Below, piece by piece: positions 10,067-20,428 of a stretch of 60,441 bases of DNA. Each line of letters begins with the position of its first letter. Position 1 is the stretch's first letter. Below the pieces are notes generated by a model. That model was not told where the DNA came from. It saw nothing but the letters and a program-made list of their open reading frames with translations, and made no database searches. Source of the DNA: an uncultured Mycoplasmatota bacterium (lineage in GTDB: Bacteria; Bacillota_I; Bacilli_A; RF39; UBA660); NCBI GenBank assembly GCA_947166445.1, contig CAMVED010000006.1:1-60441 (forward strand), in the 5' to 3' direction. The translations under genes and the position numbers were made by a program.

Positions 10067-12451
10067 ATGAATAATGACATAATTACAACATTACAAGATA
10101 ATGACTTAGTTATAACAGAAAATGTATATAAATTAGAAATACTAAGAAAACTAAACGAAAAAAAAGAACTTATAAATATTAAATTTATGACACAAAAAGA
10201 ATTGCTTTCAAAGTATTATTTTTCTTATGATGAAAAAACTATTTATTATCTAATAAATAAGTATAAAATCAATGAAAGCATAGCAAAAGTGTACTTAGAT
10301 AATCTGTTATTTGTAGAAAACAAAAAATATAACAATCAAAAACTAGACAAACTAGTACAAATCAAAGAAGAGCTATTAAAAGAAAAACTCCTCATAAAAG
10401 ATGAACTTTTTTTAAACTATTTAAAAAACAAAAGAATAGTTTTTTACAATTATAACTATTTTACTAAATTTGAACAAAATACAATTGAAAAGTTAAAAGA
10501 AACTAACGATGTATTAATTATAGATAAAGATTATAAAGAATATACTCCGAAAGTATATGAATTTGATACTATTTTTGATGAAGTATCATTTGTAGCCACT
10601 CAAATACTAAAACTAATTGAACAAGGTATTAACCCAGACAAAATAAAAATTACTAATATAGATGATGACTATAAAAACATCATAGATTTTATCTTTCCTT
10701 TATATGAAATAAAAACTGATATAAACGAGAATAATCTTATATCAAATCAAATTGCGCAAGATTTTTTATCTATAGATGAACCTATAGATAAAAGAATAGA
10801 AATATTAAATGAAAAATATCAGAATAGTGAAATATTAAATCAAATAGTAAAAATTGCTAATAAATATATATCTTTTGATAATAACAAAACTATAAATGAA
10901 ATGATTAGTACAGAGTTTAAACATAAAAAAATTAAACAAAAAGAGTACAATAATTTAATAAAAGTAATAGACTATCAAAACTATCCAATAAATGATGAGT
11001 ATGTATTTATGCTAGGATTTAATCAAAATAGTATTCCTATCCAGTATAAAGACGAAGATTATATTACTGATAACTTAAAAAAAGATTTACTATTAAATAC
11101 TACTTTAGAAAAGAATAAGATTGAAAAAGAGATAACAATAAAAAATATATTAAATATTAACAATCTAACAATATCTTATAAAAACAGTACTCCATTTGGA
11201 ACATTTTTCCCATCAAATTTAGTTAAAGATCTGAATCTTGAAGTAATAAAAAATTACAAAGAAGATGTATTATATTCAAAAGATTATTCAAGTCTAGAAC
11301 TAGGTAAACTTTTTGATAATTTTATTCTATATGGAAGCCTTCCCGAAAAACTCAAAATATATAACTCAAGTTTAGAAATACCATATAATAAGTATGATAA
11401 TAGATTCAAAGGCATTGATGAAAAAAACTATTTAGACTTCATAAAAGATGGTTTTAATCTATCTTATTCAAGTATGAATGATTACTACAAATGTTCATTT
11501 AAATACTATTTATCAAATGTCTTAAAACTTAATATTTTTGAAGATAACTTCGCAGCCTATATAGGAAGCTTATTTCACTATGTCTTAGAAAAAGGATTAA
11601 AAGAAGAAATAGAAGTATCCTCTTTAGTAGATTCTTTTCTAAAAGAAAAAAGAAAAGATTTATCATACAAAGAAAGGTTTTTTATAAAAAATATTACGCC
11701 TGATATAGAATTTGTTCTTATTGCAATAAAAGATAATTTAAAAAAAACAGATTTAAAAAATATTTTATTTGAAAAAAGAGTAGAAGTAATAAAACAAGGA
11801 AAAGTAACAGTAACTTTCAAAGGCTTTATTGACAAAATTATGTATGAAAAAGAAAATAATCAAACTATAGTAGCAATAATAGACTATAAAACAGGTAATA
11901 CTGATATAGATTTGAAATATGTGCCATATGGTCTTTCTATGCAACTCCCTGTATATTTATATTTAGCAAGTAATATAAAAGAGTTAGAAACTATTAAAAT
12001 CGGAGGCTTTTATTTACAAAAGGTACTTACAGGAAAACCTGTTATAAGTATAGATAAAGATACAGAAAAACAAAAAAACGATAATCTTTTGTTAAATGGA
12101 TATTCAAATAGAGATAAAGATATATTAAAAAAAGTTGATAATACTTATGTAGAAAGTACTATGATAAAATCTATGAAATTAAAAAAAGATGGAGACTTTT
12201 CATCACATTCAAAAGTACTAGATGATGAAGAAATAAATAATTTAATAAAAATAACTAATCAAAAAATAAAAGAATCAATAGATTCAATTTGTAATGCTAA
12301 ATTTGATATAAATCCAAAAGTAGATAATGATAAAAACCTAGGTTGTCTTTACTGTGATTATAAAGATATTTGTTTTATGACAAAAAAAGATGAAGTAAAT
12401 ATCTCACCTGATAAAGATTTATCATTCCTTGGAGGTGATCAAAATGCCTAA
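10067..12451 (+). CDS. addB: AddB/RexB-like PD-(D/E)XK nuclease subunit
   Basis: LSYSS...Y.KC.FKY, GFIDKI, IIDYKTG, Q..VY and CLYCDYKDIC Fe-S ligands. Coupled to addA. Confidence 0.85.
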   Translation: MNNDIITTLQDNDLVITENVYKLEILRKLNEKKELINIKFMTQKELLSKYYFSYDEKTIYYLINKYKINESIAKVYLDNLLFVENKKYNNQKLDKLVQIKEELLKEKLLIKDELFLNYLKNKRIVFYNYNYFTKFEQNTIEKLKETNDVLIIDKDYKEYTPKVYEFDTIFDEVSFVATQILKLIEQGINPDKIKITNIDDDYKNIIDFIFPLYEIKTDINENNLISNQIAQDFLSIDEPIDKRIEILNEKYQNSEILNQIVKIANKYISFDNNKTINEMISTEFKHKKIKQKEYNNLIKVIDYQNYPINDEYVFMLGFNQNSIPIQYKDEDYITDNLKKDLLLNTTLEKNKIEKEITIKNILNINNLTISYKNSTPFGTFFPSNLVKDLNLEVIKNYKEDVLYSKDYSSLELGKLFDNFILYGSLPEKLKIYNSSLEIPYNKYDNRFKGIDEKNYLDFIKDGFNLSYSSMNDYYKCSFKYYLSNVLKLNIFEDNFAAYIGSLFHYVLEKGLKEEIEVSSLVDSFLKEKRKDLSYKERFFIKNITPDIEFVLIAIKDNLKKTDLKNILFEKRVEVIKQGKVTVTFKGFIDKIMYEKENNQTIVAIIDYKTGNTDIDLKYVPYGLSMQLPVYLYLASNIKELETIKIGGFYLQKVLTGKPVISIDKDTEKQKNDNLLLNGYSNRDKDILKKVDNTYVESTMIKSMKLKKDGDFSSHSKVLDDEEINNLIKITNQKIKESIDSICNAKFDINPKVDNDKNLGCLYCDYKDICFMTKKDEVNISPDKDLSFLGGDQNA

Positions 12452-15400
12452 ATGGACTGAAGAACAAGCTATAGCAATTAATAAAGATAAGACAAATATT
12501 ATAGTATCCGCAGGAGCAGGGTCAGGAAAAACTGCAGTATTAACAGCCAGAGTAATTAGAAAATTAAAGGACGGCGTAGACATTAATAAATTGCTTATAT
12601 TAACCTTTACTAATGAAGCAGCAGGAGAGATGAAAGATAGAATTAGAACTGCTATAAAAGATGAACCATCTCTAAAAGAACAACTAGACTTTATAGATAG
12701 TGCATATATAACAACATTTGATAGTTTTGCGCTTTCCATATTAAAAAAATACCATTATATACTAAATGTATCAAAAGATATATCTATCATAGATAGTTCA
12801 ATTATTGAAATAAAGAAAAGAGAAATAATAGAAGATATATTTGAAAATCTTTATAAAAAAGAAGATGAATTGTTTTTAAAACTAATCGGAGACTTTTGTA
12901 CAAAAGATGATAAAGATATTAAAGAATTGGTTTTAAAAATAAGTAATAAACTTGACTTAAAAATAAATAAAGAAGAGTATCTTGATAGTTACATAGAAAG
13001 TTTCTATAACGATAATTATATAGAAAACTTAACAAATGAATACTTATCAAAAATAATATCTATAAAAGATGAAATAGAAGATTTATATAATGAAGCACAA
13101 AGACATGAAGAAGAAAAAGTAAGAAGTGAATACGAACAAGAATTGCTACCTTTAATAAATAGTAGTACTTATAAAGAAATAAAGAGTAATTTAAACATAA
13201 CTCTTCCTAGAAAAGTAGAAGCTAAAGAAACCAAAAAAGAGTTGAAAGAATTAATTGACAATCTAAAAGAGTTAACTATTTATGAAAACATAGAGAGTAT
13301 AAAAAAGATTTACAAAAGTACTAAAAATTATATAAAAGCAATTATTTATATAATAAAAGAATTAGATAAACAAATAAAAGAATATAAAGATAAAAACAAC
13401 AGTTATGAGTTTATAGATATTTCTAAAATGGCTATTAAAATAGTAAAAGAAAATAGTGAAATAAGAGATGAGATAAAGCATTATTATAACGAAATAATGG
13501 TCGATGAATATCAAGATACAAATGATCTTCAAGAAATATTCATAAATGAAATACAAAATAATAACGTGTATATGGTTGGAGACATAAAACAATCAATTTA
13601 TAGATTTAGAAATGCCAATCCTAAAATATTTAAAAACAAGTATGATACATATAGTAATAATGAACAAGGTTTTAAAATAGATTTAACAAAAAACTTTAGA
13701 TCAAGAGAAGAAGTTCTTTCGGATATCAATAAAATATTTGAGAAAATAATGGATAGTTTCCTTGGAGGAGCAGAGTATAAACAAAGTCATAGAATGATTT
13801 TCGGTAACAAAACATATGAAGAAGAAAATGATGAAAGCATTTCAAATAATATAGAAATCTATAATTATGATAGTAAAGCGACACACTTCTCTAATGAAGA
13901 AGTTGAAGCATTTATTATTGCAAAAGATATAAAAGAAAAAATAAGTAGTAATTATAAAGTACTTGATAAAGAAACAAAAAAACTGAGAAAAGCTAAATAT
14001 GATGATTTTTGTATAATTATGGATAGAAGTACATCATTTGATTTATATAAAAAAGTATTTGAATACGAAAACATACCACTCTCCATTTATAAAGATGAAA
14101 AATTAACTACATCTTATGACATATTAATTATTAAAAACATAATAAAACTAATTATAAAAATAAAACAAAAAGAATATGATAAAGAATTTAGATATCTGTT
14201 TACCTCACTTGCAAGAAGTTATTTATTTGAATATGATGATAATTATATATTTAATATATTTAATAATAACGACTTTTATAAAACTGACATATATGAAATA
14301 TCAAACGATATAGCTAAGAACCTAGATAATATAAGTACTAAACAGTTTATCAATGATATAATAGCAAAGTATCAAATATATCAAAAAATAATCAAAACAA
14401 ATGGTATTGAAGGAATAATTATTAGAACTATTTACCTACAAAAACTTATTTCTTCATTAGAAACCTTAGGATACACTCCTTATGATCTAATAGATTACTT
14501 AGAAAAAATGACAACAACTGATTTAGACATAAAATATAAGCAAAACAATAAACAAGAAGGTAGTGTAAAAATGATGAATATTCACAAATCTAAAGGATTA
14601 GAGTTTCCTATATGCTACTATAGTGGACTTTATAAAAAGTTCAACATAAGTGATTTTAATGATAGATTTATGTATGATGAAAAATATGGAATAATTACTC
14701 CATACTATAGTAATGGAATAGGAGTATTACCTCAAAAACAACTAGCTAAAGATATATATTTAAAAGAAGAAATATCAGAAAAAATAAGACTTTTATATGT
14801 GGCAGTAACACGTGCTAAAGAAAAGATGATTTTTGTAGGGCCATTAAACAGTGACGTTTATAATAATGAAGAAATAGTAAATAAAAAAACAAGATTAAAA
14901 TATAGATCATTTTTAGACATAGTAAATACTATAAAAGATGATTTTGATACAAACATAAAAACTATTGAAGATTTATCATTTGTAACAAAAAACTATCAAA
15001 TGCTTAAAGATATAGAAATAAATATTGAAAAAACAAAACCATTACCAATAAAAAATATAACAATAGATTATCAAGAAGAAGATAGAAATAGATTCTCAAA
15101 AATAAACAATAAACTCTTAACAAAAGAAGAACTATTTGTTATAAATAAAGGTAATGAAATGCATTATGCTTTTGAACTAACAGATTTTAAAAACCCAAAC
15201 TTTAACATAAAATATGGAGATTACATAAAAAAATTTTTAGAACAAGACCTATTAAAAAACATACAACAAGCAAGCATATATAAAGAATATGAATTTATAT
15301 ATGTAGAACAAGAAACTAACTATCATGGCATTATAGATTTAATGTTAGTTTACAAAGATCATGTTGATATAATAGATTATAAGCTTTCTAATATAGATGA

Positions 15401-15515
15401 TCCAGCTTATTTAAAACAATTAAAAGGTTATAAAAATTACATTGAAAATAAGACAAACAAAAAAGTTAATACATATTTGTATTCTATAGAACAACATGCA
15501 TTTAAAGAAGTATAA
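12444..15515 (+). CDS. addA: AddA/RexA helicase-nuclease
   Basis: VSAGAGSGKT, LTFTN.AA.EM, VDEYQDTN, VGDIKQSIYRFRNA, HKSKGLEFP, LYVAVTRA, and C-terminal GIIDL..IIDYK nuclease. Confidence 0.92.
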   Translation: MPKWTEEQAIAINKDKTNIIVSAGAGSGKTAVLTARVIRKLKDGVDINKLLILTFTNEAAGEMKDRIRTAIKDEPSLKEQLDFIDSAYITTFDSFALSILKKYHYILNVSKDISIIDSSIIEIKKREIIEDIFENLYKKEDELFLKLIGDFCTKDDKDIKELVLKISNKLDLKINKEEYLDSYIESFYNDNYIENLTNEYLSKIISIKDEIEDLYNEAQRHEEEKVRSEYEQELLPLINSSTYKEIKSNLNITLPRKVEAKETKKELKELIDNLKELTIYENIESIKKIYKSTKNYIKAIIYIIKELDKQIKEYKDKNNSYEFIDISKMAIKIVKENSEIRDEIKHYYNEIMVDEYQDTNDLQEIFINEIQNNNVYMVGDIKQSIYRFRNANPKIFKNKYDTYSNNEQGFKIDLTKNFRSREEVLSDINKIFEKIMDSFLGGAEYKQSHRMIFGNKTYEEENDESISNNIEIYNYDSKATHFSNEEVEAFIIAKDIKEKISSNYKVLDKETKKLRKAKYDDFCIIMDRSTSFDLYKKVFEYENIPLSIYKDEKLTTSYDILIIKNIIKLIIKIKQKEYDKEFRYLFTSLARSYLFEYDDNYIFNIFNNNDFYKTDIYEISNDIAKNLDNISTKQFINDIIAKYQIYQKIIKTNGIEGIIIRTIYLQKLISSLETLGYTPYDLIDYLEKMTTTDLDIKYKQNNKQEGSVKMMNIHKSKGLEFPICYYSGLYKKFNISDFNDRFMYDEKYGIITPYYSNGIGVLPQKQLAKDIYLKEEISEKIRLLYVAVTRAKEKMIFVGPLNSDVYNNEEIVNKKTRLKYRSFLDIVNTIKDDFDTNIKTIEDLSFVTKNYQMLKDIEINIEKTKPLPIKNITIDYQEEDRNRFSKINNKLLTKEELFVINKGNEMHYAFELTDFKNPNFNIKYGDYIKKFLEQDLLKNIQQASIYKEYEFIYVEQETNYHGIIDLMLVYKDHVDIIDYKLSNIDDPAYLKQLKGYKNYIENKTNKKVNTYLYSIEQHAFKEV

Positions 15516-15518
15516 TGT

Positions 15519-15669
15519 TTGTCATAAAAAAAATTTTATGATATTGTGACATATGAAGATAACTTCATGAAATAATAAAGATATTTTACGTAACTATACA
15601 TTGGCAATTTTTGGTAATAATGGTTCATTTTTTAATGCCTGTTAAATAAGAGAAAACAGGTATTTTTTT
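15519..15669 (+). ncRNA. Candidate small RNA transcription unit (promoter + about 115 nt + terminator)
   Basis: TTGTCA-17-TATTGT with TGn extension; 5' hairpin ATGAAG/CTTCAT; terminator AATGCCTGTT/AACAGGTATT plus T tract; no convincing ORF. Confidence 0.35.
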
Positions 15670-15680
15670 AATTAAAATTA

Positions 15681-15709
15681 TTGTTAAAAAACTTATTATA
15701 AGTTATAAT
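15681..15709 (+). promoter_or_regulatory. SigmaA promoter of xfp
   Basis: TTGTTA-17-TATAAT. Confidence 0.7.
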
Positions 15710-15731
15710 TAATTATAATAGGGTGATAAAA

Positions 15732-18038
15732 ATGGGGAAAGTTTTAAGCGATAAAGAAATAATAAACATTAATCGCTATTGGGCAGCAACTAATTACTTA
15801 TCAATATGTCAAATATACTTGAAAGATAATGTTTTATTAAAAAGACCACTTTCAATGTCAGATGTTAAAAGTAAACTTATAGGCCACTGGGGTACAGCTC
15901 CAGGACAAAATTTTATCTATGCCCATTTAAATAGAATAATAAAAAAATACAATTTAAACATGATATATATATCGGGCCCAGGTCATGGTGGACAAGCTAT
16001 GATAGCAAATTCTTATCTCGAAGAAGTATATTCAAATTTCTATCCAGAAATAACTCAAGATGAAGAAGGGCTCACTAAATTATGCAAACAATTTAGCTAT
16101 CCTGGTGGTGTTTCATCACATGTTGCGCCAGATGTACCAGGATCAATTAATGAAGGTGGAGAGCTAGGATATAGTCTTGCCCATGCTTATGGAGCAGTGC
16201 TTGACAATCCAAATTTAATTGCAGCCTGTGTTATTGGTGATGGAGAGGCAGAAACTGGTCCTCTTGCAGCCTCTTGGAATATAAATAAAATAATTAATCC
16301 TAAAACCGATGGTGTAGTTTTACCAATACTTCACCTAAATGGATATAAAATAGCTAATCCTACGATATTTGGTAGAATGAGCGATAAAGATATCAAAGCA
16401 TATTTTAAAAGTTTAGGATATAAACCATATATAGTATCAGGACACGAACCTCGCGCTATGCATGAAGCTATGTCTGTATCTCTAGAAAAAGTATGTTCGG
16501 ATATAAATAGATTAAAAAAAGGAAAATCTAAAGCTTTTCCGATGATAGTACTAAGAAGTCCAAAAGGATGGGGATGTCCTAAAAAAGTACATGATAAAAA
16601 AATTGAAGGATCATTTAGAGCTCATCAAGTACCATTTGCTATTGAAAATAACGAAGATTTAAAACTACTTGAAAAATGGTTAAAAAGTTATAAGCCAGAA
16701 ACACTTTTTGATGAAAAAGGAGTTCTTTTACCAGAAATAAGAAAGACACTTCCAAAATATGAAAAAAGGATGAGTGCTAGTAAATATGCAAATGGTGGAC
16801 TGCTATTAAAAGAATTAAAAACACCAGATTTTAAAAATTATGCTATTGAAGTAACACCAGGAAAAACATATGCAAGCGATATGGGTGTTCTAGGAGGATA
16901 CATTAGAGACTTGATAAAAGAAAACAACAATTTTAGAATATTTGGTCCTGATGAATTAGCATCTAATCGTCTTAACAAAGTTTTTGAAGTCACTAACAGA
17001 AAGTGGAACTATAACACGAAAAAAGATGATGAATATCTATCTAAAAATGGTGCAGTTATAGATTCAATTCTATCAGAGCATGTTTGCGAAGGCCTGCTTG
17101 AAGGATATTTATTAACAGGTAGACATGGTTTTATGCATTCATATGAAGCATTTATAAGAATAATAGATTCTATGACCAGTCAACATGCCAAATGGTTAAA
17201 AATTTGTAAAGATATTCCATGGAGAGAAGATATTGCATCACTAAACTATTTACTAAGTTCTCATATTTGGCAACAAGATCATAATGGATTTACGCATCAA
17301 GATCCAGGATTTCTAAATCATGTTGCTACAAAAAAAGCTTCAATTTCTAGAATATATTTACCAATTGATAGCAACACACTTTTATCAACATTTGATCACT
17401 GTGTAAAGACTAAAAATTATATCAATGTAATAATAGCTTCTAAACACGAAAGAATGCAATGGCTTAATATGGATGATGCTATAAGACATTGTAGCAAAGG
17501 AATTGGAGAACTAGATTTTATAAGCGATAAATGTGATAATCCTGACCTTATATTAGTATCTGCCGGAGATACTCCAACAATAGAAATAGTCGCTGCAAAG
17601 AATATTATAGATAAATTTTCAAACATAAAAGTTAGAGTGATAAATGTAATAGATTTAATGAAATTACAATCTGAATCAGAACATCCGCATGGAATGTCAG
17701 ACAAAGAGTATGATGCTTTATTTACTAAAAATAAACCAATAATTTTTGCGTTTCATGGATATCCAACATTGATTCATATGCTTACATATAAAAGAAAAAA
17801 TAAAAATTTACACGTACATGGATACAAAGAAGAAGGTACTATAACAACTCCGTTTGACATGAGAGTTCAAAACGAAATAGATAGATATCATATCGTGTTA
17901 AATGCAATTAAATATGTAGAAATATCGAAAGAAAAAAGAAAAGAAATAGTTAGTTATTGTGAAAAACAATTAGAAAAACACTATAATTATATAAGAGAAA
18001 ATGGCAAAGATATGCCAGATGTTGATGAATTAAAATAA
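15732..18038 (+). CDS. xfp: Phosphoketolase (XFP family)
   Basis: GHWGT.PG, GPGHG, EGGELGY, GDGEAETG, LHLNGYKI, QDHNGFTHQDPG and EEGTITTPFDM motifs. Confidence 0.97.
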   Translation: MGKVLSDKEIININRYWAATNYLSICQIYLKDNVLLKRPLSMSDVKSKLIGHWGTAPGQNFIYAHLNRIIKKYNLNMIYISGPGHGGQAMIANSYLEEVYSNFYPEITQDEEGLTKLCKQFSYPGGVSSHVAPDVPGSINEGGELGYSLAHAYGAVLDNPNLIAACVIGDGEAETGPLAASWNINKIINPKTDGVVLPILHLNGYKIANPTIFGRMSDKDIKAYFKSLGYKPYIVSGHEPRAMHEAMSVSLEKVCSDINRLKKGKSKAFPMIVLRSPKGWGCPKKVHDKKIEGSFRAHQVPFAIENNEDLKLLEKWLKSYKPETLFDEKGVLLPEIRKTLPKYEKRMSASKYANGGLLLKELKTPDFKNYAIEVTPGKTYASDMGVLGGYIRDLIKENNNFRIFGPDELASNRLNKVFEVTNRKWNYNTKKDDEYLSKNGAVIDSILSEHVCEGLLEGYLLTGRHGFMHSYEAFIRIIDSMTSQHAKWLKICKDIPWREDIASLNYLLSSHIWQQDHNGFTHQDPGFLNHVATKKASISRIYLPIDSNTLLSTFDHCVKTKNYINVIIASKHERMQWLNMDDAIRHCSKGIGELDFISDKCDNPDLILVSAGDTPTIEIVAAKNIIDKFSNIKVRVINVIDLMKLQSESEHPHGMSDKEYDALFTKNKPIIFAFHGYPTLIHMLTYKRKNKNLHVHGYKEEGTITTPFDMRVQNEIDRYHIVLNAIKYVEISKEKRKEIVSYCEKQLEKHYNYIRENGKDMPDVDELK

Positions 18039-18057
18039 AAGTTTAGGTGGTGAAAAC

Positions 18058-18774
18058 ATGTCTTTAATAATCTTAATTTCAATTATTCCAGTAATATTAT
18101 TAGCTTTATTTGTATACAGTAAAGACAATGTTAAAGAGCCTAAATCATTGTTGATGGGATTATTCATCTCTGGCTTTCTTGCGGCCGCCCTAGTCATAGG
18201 AATAGATATTTTTGTCTCAATAGTAATCCCAGACTTTTTTATTCCAGATGATTATACTAATATTAGTTTCTATAAGCTGTTCAGCATTGTTTTTTTAGAA
18301 ATCGCATTTATAGAAGAATTTTCAAAATGGCTGATGATTAGACTATTTGCATATAATAGCAAAAACTTTGACCAACAATATGATATTATTGTATACTCAG
18401 TTTTTGTAGCGCTTGGATTTGCCTGTATTGAAAACATTTTTTATCTTATACCAAGCAGTTTATCATTAGGATTTTATAGGGCTATATTTTCCATACCAGG
18501 ACATGCTTGCTTTGGAGTTTTTATGGGCTCGTTTTTAGGATTAGCAAAAATATACGAGGATAAAGATAAAGCATTAAGCAGAGTATATATGTTTTATGCT
18601 ATATTAATTCCAGCGTTATTACACACTACATATAATTTTTGCTTACTTGCGAATAAAACTTGGTTTTTTATAGTGTTTATGATTTTTGTGATAATTTTGT
18701 ATATTACGTCAATTATAACAATAAGGAAAATTTCTAAAGAAAACAAAGACATTGTACCAATTGAAGAACTATGA
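18058..18774 (+). CDS. prsW: PrsW-family intramembrane protease
   Basis: KEP, IEEFSK, LGFACIEN, PGH and LHTTYN motifs. Confidence 0.9.
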   Translation: MSLIILISIIPVILLALFVYSKDNVKEPKSLLMGLFISGFLAAALVIGIDIFVSIVIPDFFIPDDYTNISFYKLFSIVFLEIAFIEEFSKWLMIRLFAYNSKNFDQQYDIIVYSVFVALGFACIENIFYLIPSSLSLGFYRAIFSIPGHACFGVFMGSFLGLAKIYEDKDKALSRVYMFYAILIPALLHTTYNFCLLANKTWFFIVFMIFVIILYITSIITIRKISKENKDIVPIEEL

Positions 18775-18932
18775 AAGATTTCATAGTTCTTTTTATCATA
18801 TAGTAAAGTTTTAAAGAAAAATAAAAGAGTGCGACTATCCAATATTGGTCAGTATAGGACAAAAAGATTCCAGTGCTGAAGAAAACCCAAACTATGAGCT
18901 TTGATACAATTATGAAATTTATTGAATAATTA

Positions 18933-20045
18933 CTATTGTTCTACACTTTTATTCCTTATAGACATAATTATTCCAAGTAAAATCATGTAAGAAATTAGAC
19001 TACTACCGCCATAAGATATAAATGGTAGGGTTATTCCTGTTATAGGTAATAGCCCTATAGTCATGGAAATGTTTTGAATTTGTTGATATAACAGAGAACC
19101 AATAATACCCGTAATAATATATTTATATATTGATGTTTTTGTAGTTGTATTAATAATTGTTATATCAAACCAGATTATTGTTACTATGAGAATTATCATG
19201 CCGGTTAAACCATATATCGAAGCAAAAGAAGCAAAAACAAAATCTGTATGTCCTTCAGGAAAATAAAGCAATATATTGCTTATTCCTTTCCCAAAATATC
19301 CACTTGATCCTATAGAAATAATAGAATTTTCAAGTTGCATTCCAGAAGAATTTTGCCAATCAAATATTCTATCAAATCTATAAAACATATTAGATCCAAA
19401 TATATTTATAAATAAGTCAGTTTTCATTATATATAAATAAAAAACAGTAGATACTGATAGTCCAATAAAACTAAATAAAGTAACAAACCACCTAATTCTA
19501 ATTTTAGATACAAAAATCATAGCAAAAGCTATTATAAAATATATTAAAACGGCACCAGTGTCTGGTTCTAAAAATGTTATAACTGATGGTATAATTGTAA
19601 TAATAAATACTTTAATTATAAGAAACAGTTCATCTTTCCAACCCATGACTTTTTGACCTTCTATTACTCGTGCTAAAAAAAGAATTAATCCTATCTTCAT
19701 AAATTCACTTGGCTGAAAAGTACCTATTATAGGAATGCTAAACCATGCCTTTGTACCATTTACTTCAGTTCCTATTAAAAGTACTAATACTAACAATATA
19801 ATATTAATAATATATATATAAAAGGAAAGTTCTAATAGTAATTTAGGCTTGATTCTTAACATAATAATTATAAAAACTATTCCAATTAAATAAAAAATAC
19901 TTTGTCTTAAAACCAAACTATATGTATCTTTAGTTAAAAAAGGTGTAAAGCTATATATTGAATTAATACTTATTATAAAAAAAATAATTAATATATATAT
20001 AAATGACTTATTTGATTTCATACTATTAGTATAGCTTTTTAACAT
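18933..20045 (-). CDS. FtsW/RodA/SpoVE-family SEDS glycosyltransferase
   Basis: FQPSEFMK, EPDTG, PEGHTDF and LLPITGITLPFISYGGSS motifs. Exact start uncertain. Confidence 0.92.
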   Translation of the reverse strand: MLKSYTNSMKSNKSFIYILIIFFIISINSIYSFTPFLTKDTYSLVLRQSIFYLIGIVFIIIMLRIKPKLLLELSFYIYIINIILLVLVLLIGTEVNGTKAWFSIPIIGTFQPSEFMKIGLILFLARVIEGQKVMGWKDELFLIIKVFIITIIPSVITFLEPDTGAVLIYFIIAFAMIFVSKIRIRWFVTLFSFIGLSVSTVFYLYIMKTDLFINIFGSNMFYRFDRIFDWQNSSGMQLENSIISIGSSGYFGKGISNILLYFPEGHTDFVFASFASIYGLTGMIILIVTIIWFDITIINTTTKTSIYKYIITGIIGSLLYQQIQNISMTIGLLPITGITLPFISYGGSSLISYMILLGIIMSIRNKSVEQ

Positions 20046-20088
20046 TTTTTAATGCATTTATCATAAAATATAATGATAAGGAGGACAT

Positions 20089-20406
20089 ATGGGAAAAAAG
20101 CCAGAGATTTTTAAACCAAACATGAATTTTGTAGATAATAATAAAAAAGCTTATTATTCTTATTTAGAAAATCCACTTGAAATAAATAACAAAAGTGAAG
20201 AAGAAAAAGAAACATCAGATGTAATGGGTTTTCTAAACAATATATCTAATAGCGGTTCTTATGTTTTTAATAAAAAAGTAGTGATAGTAACAAAAGATAA
20301 AACATATGATACTAGAATAGCAGGTAAACTAGGCAATAGATTAATTACTTTAGATAATGATTCTATAAATGTAGATGACATTAAAAAAATTTATGAAAAA
20401 AAATAA
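20089..20406 (+). CDS. Hypothetical protein, possibly mother-cell sporulation gene
   Basis: RBS AAGGAGG. Upstream AACA-17-CATAAAAT resembles a sigmaK/E promoter. Convergent with the coat genes. Confidence 0.65.
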   Translation: MGKKPEIFKPNMNFVDNNKKAYYSYLENPLEINNKSEEEKETSDVMGFLNNISNSGSYVFNKKVVIVTKDKTYDTRIAGKLGNRLITLDNDSINVDDIKKIYEKK

Positions 20407-20428
20407 AAGTAGACATTGTCTACTTTTT
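20405..20428. terminator. Bidirectional intrinsic terminator
   Basis: AAAAGTAGACA-T-TGTCTACTTTT between convergent genes. Confidence 0.8.

Noticed and set aside
18826-18900. Resemblance to a TPP riboswitch (GAGTGC..GCTGAAGA..ACCC), a hammerhead core (CTGAAGA) or a group II intron start (GTGCG)
   Set aside because: Required downstream motifs and stems are missing, and no gene lies downstream on that strand.
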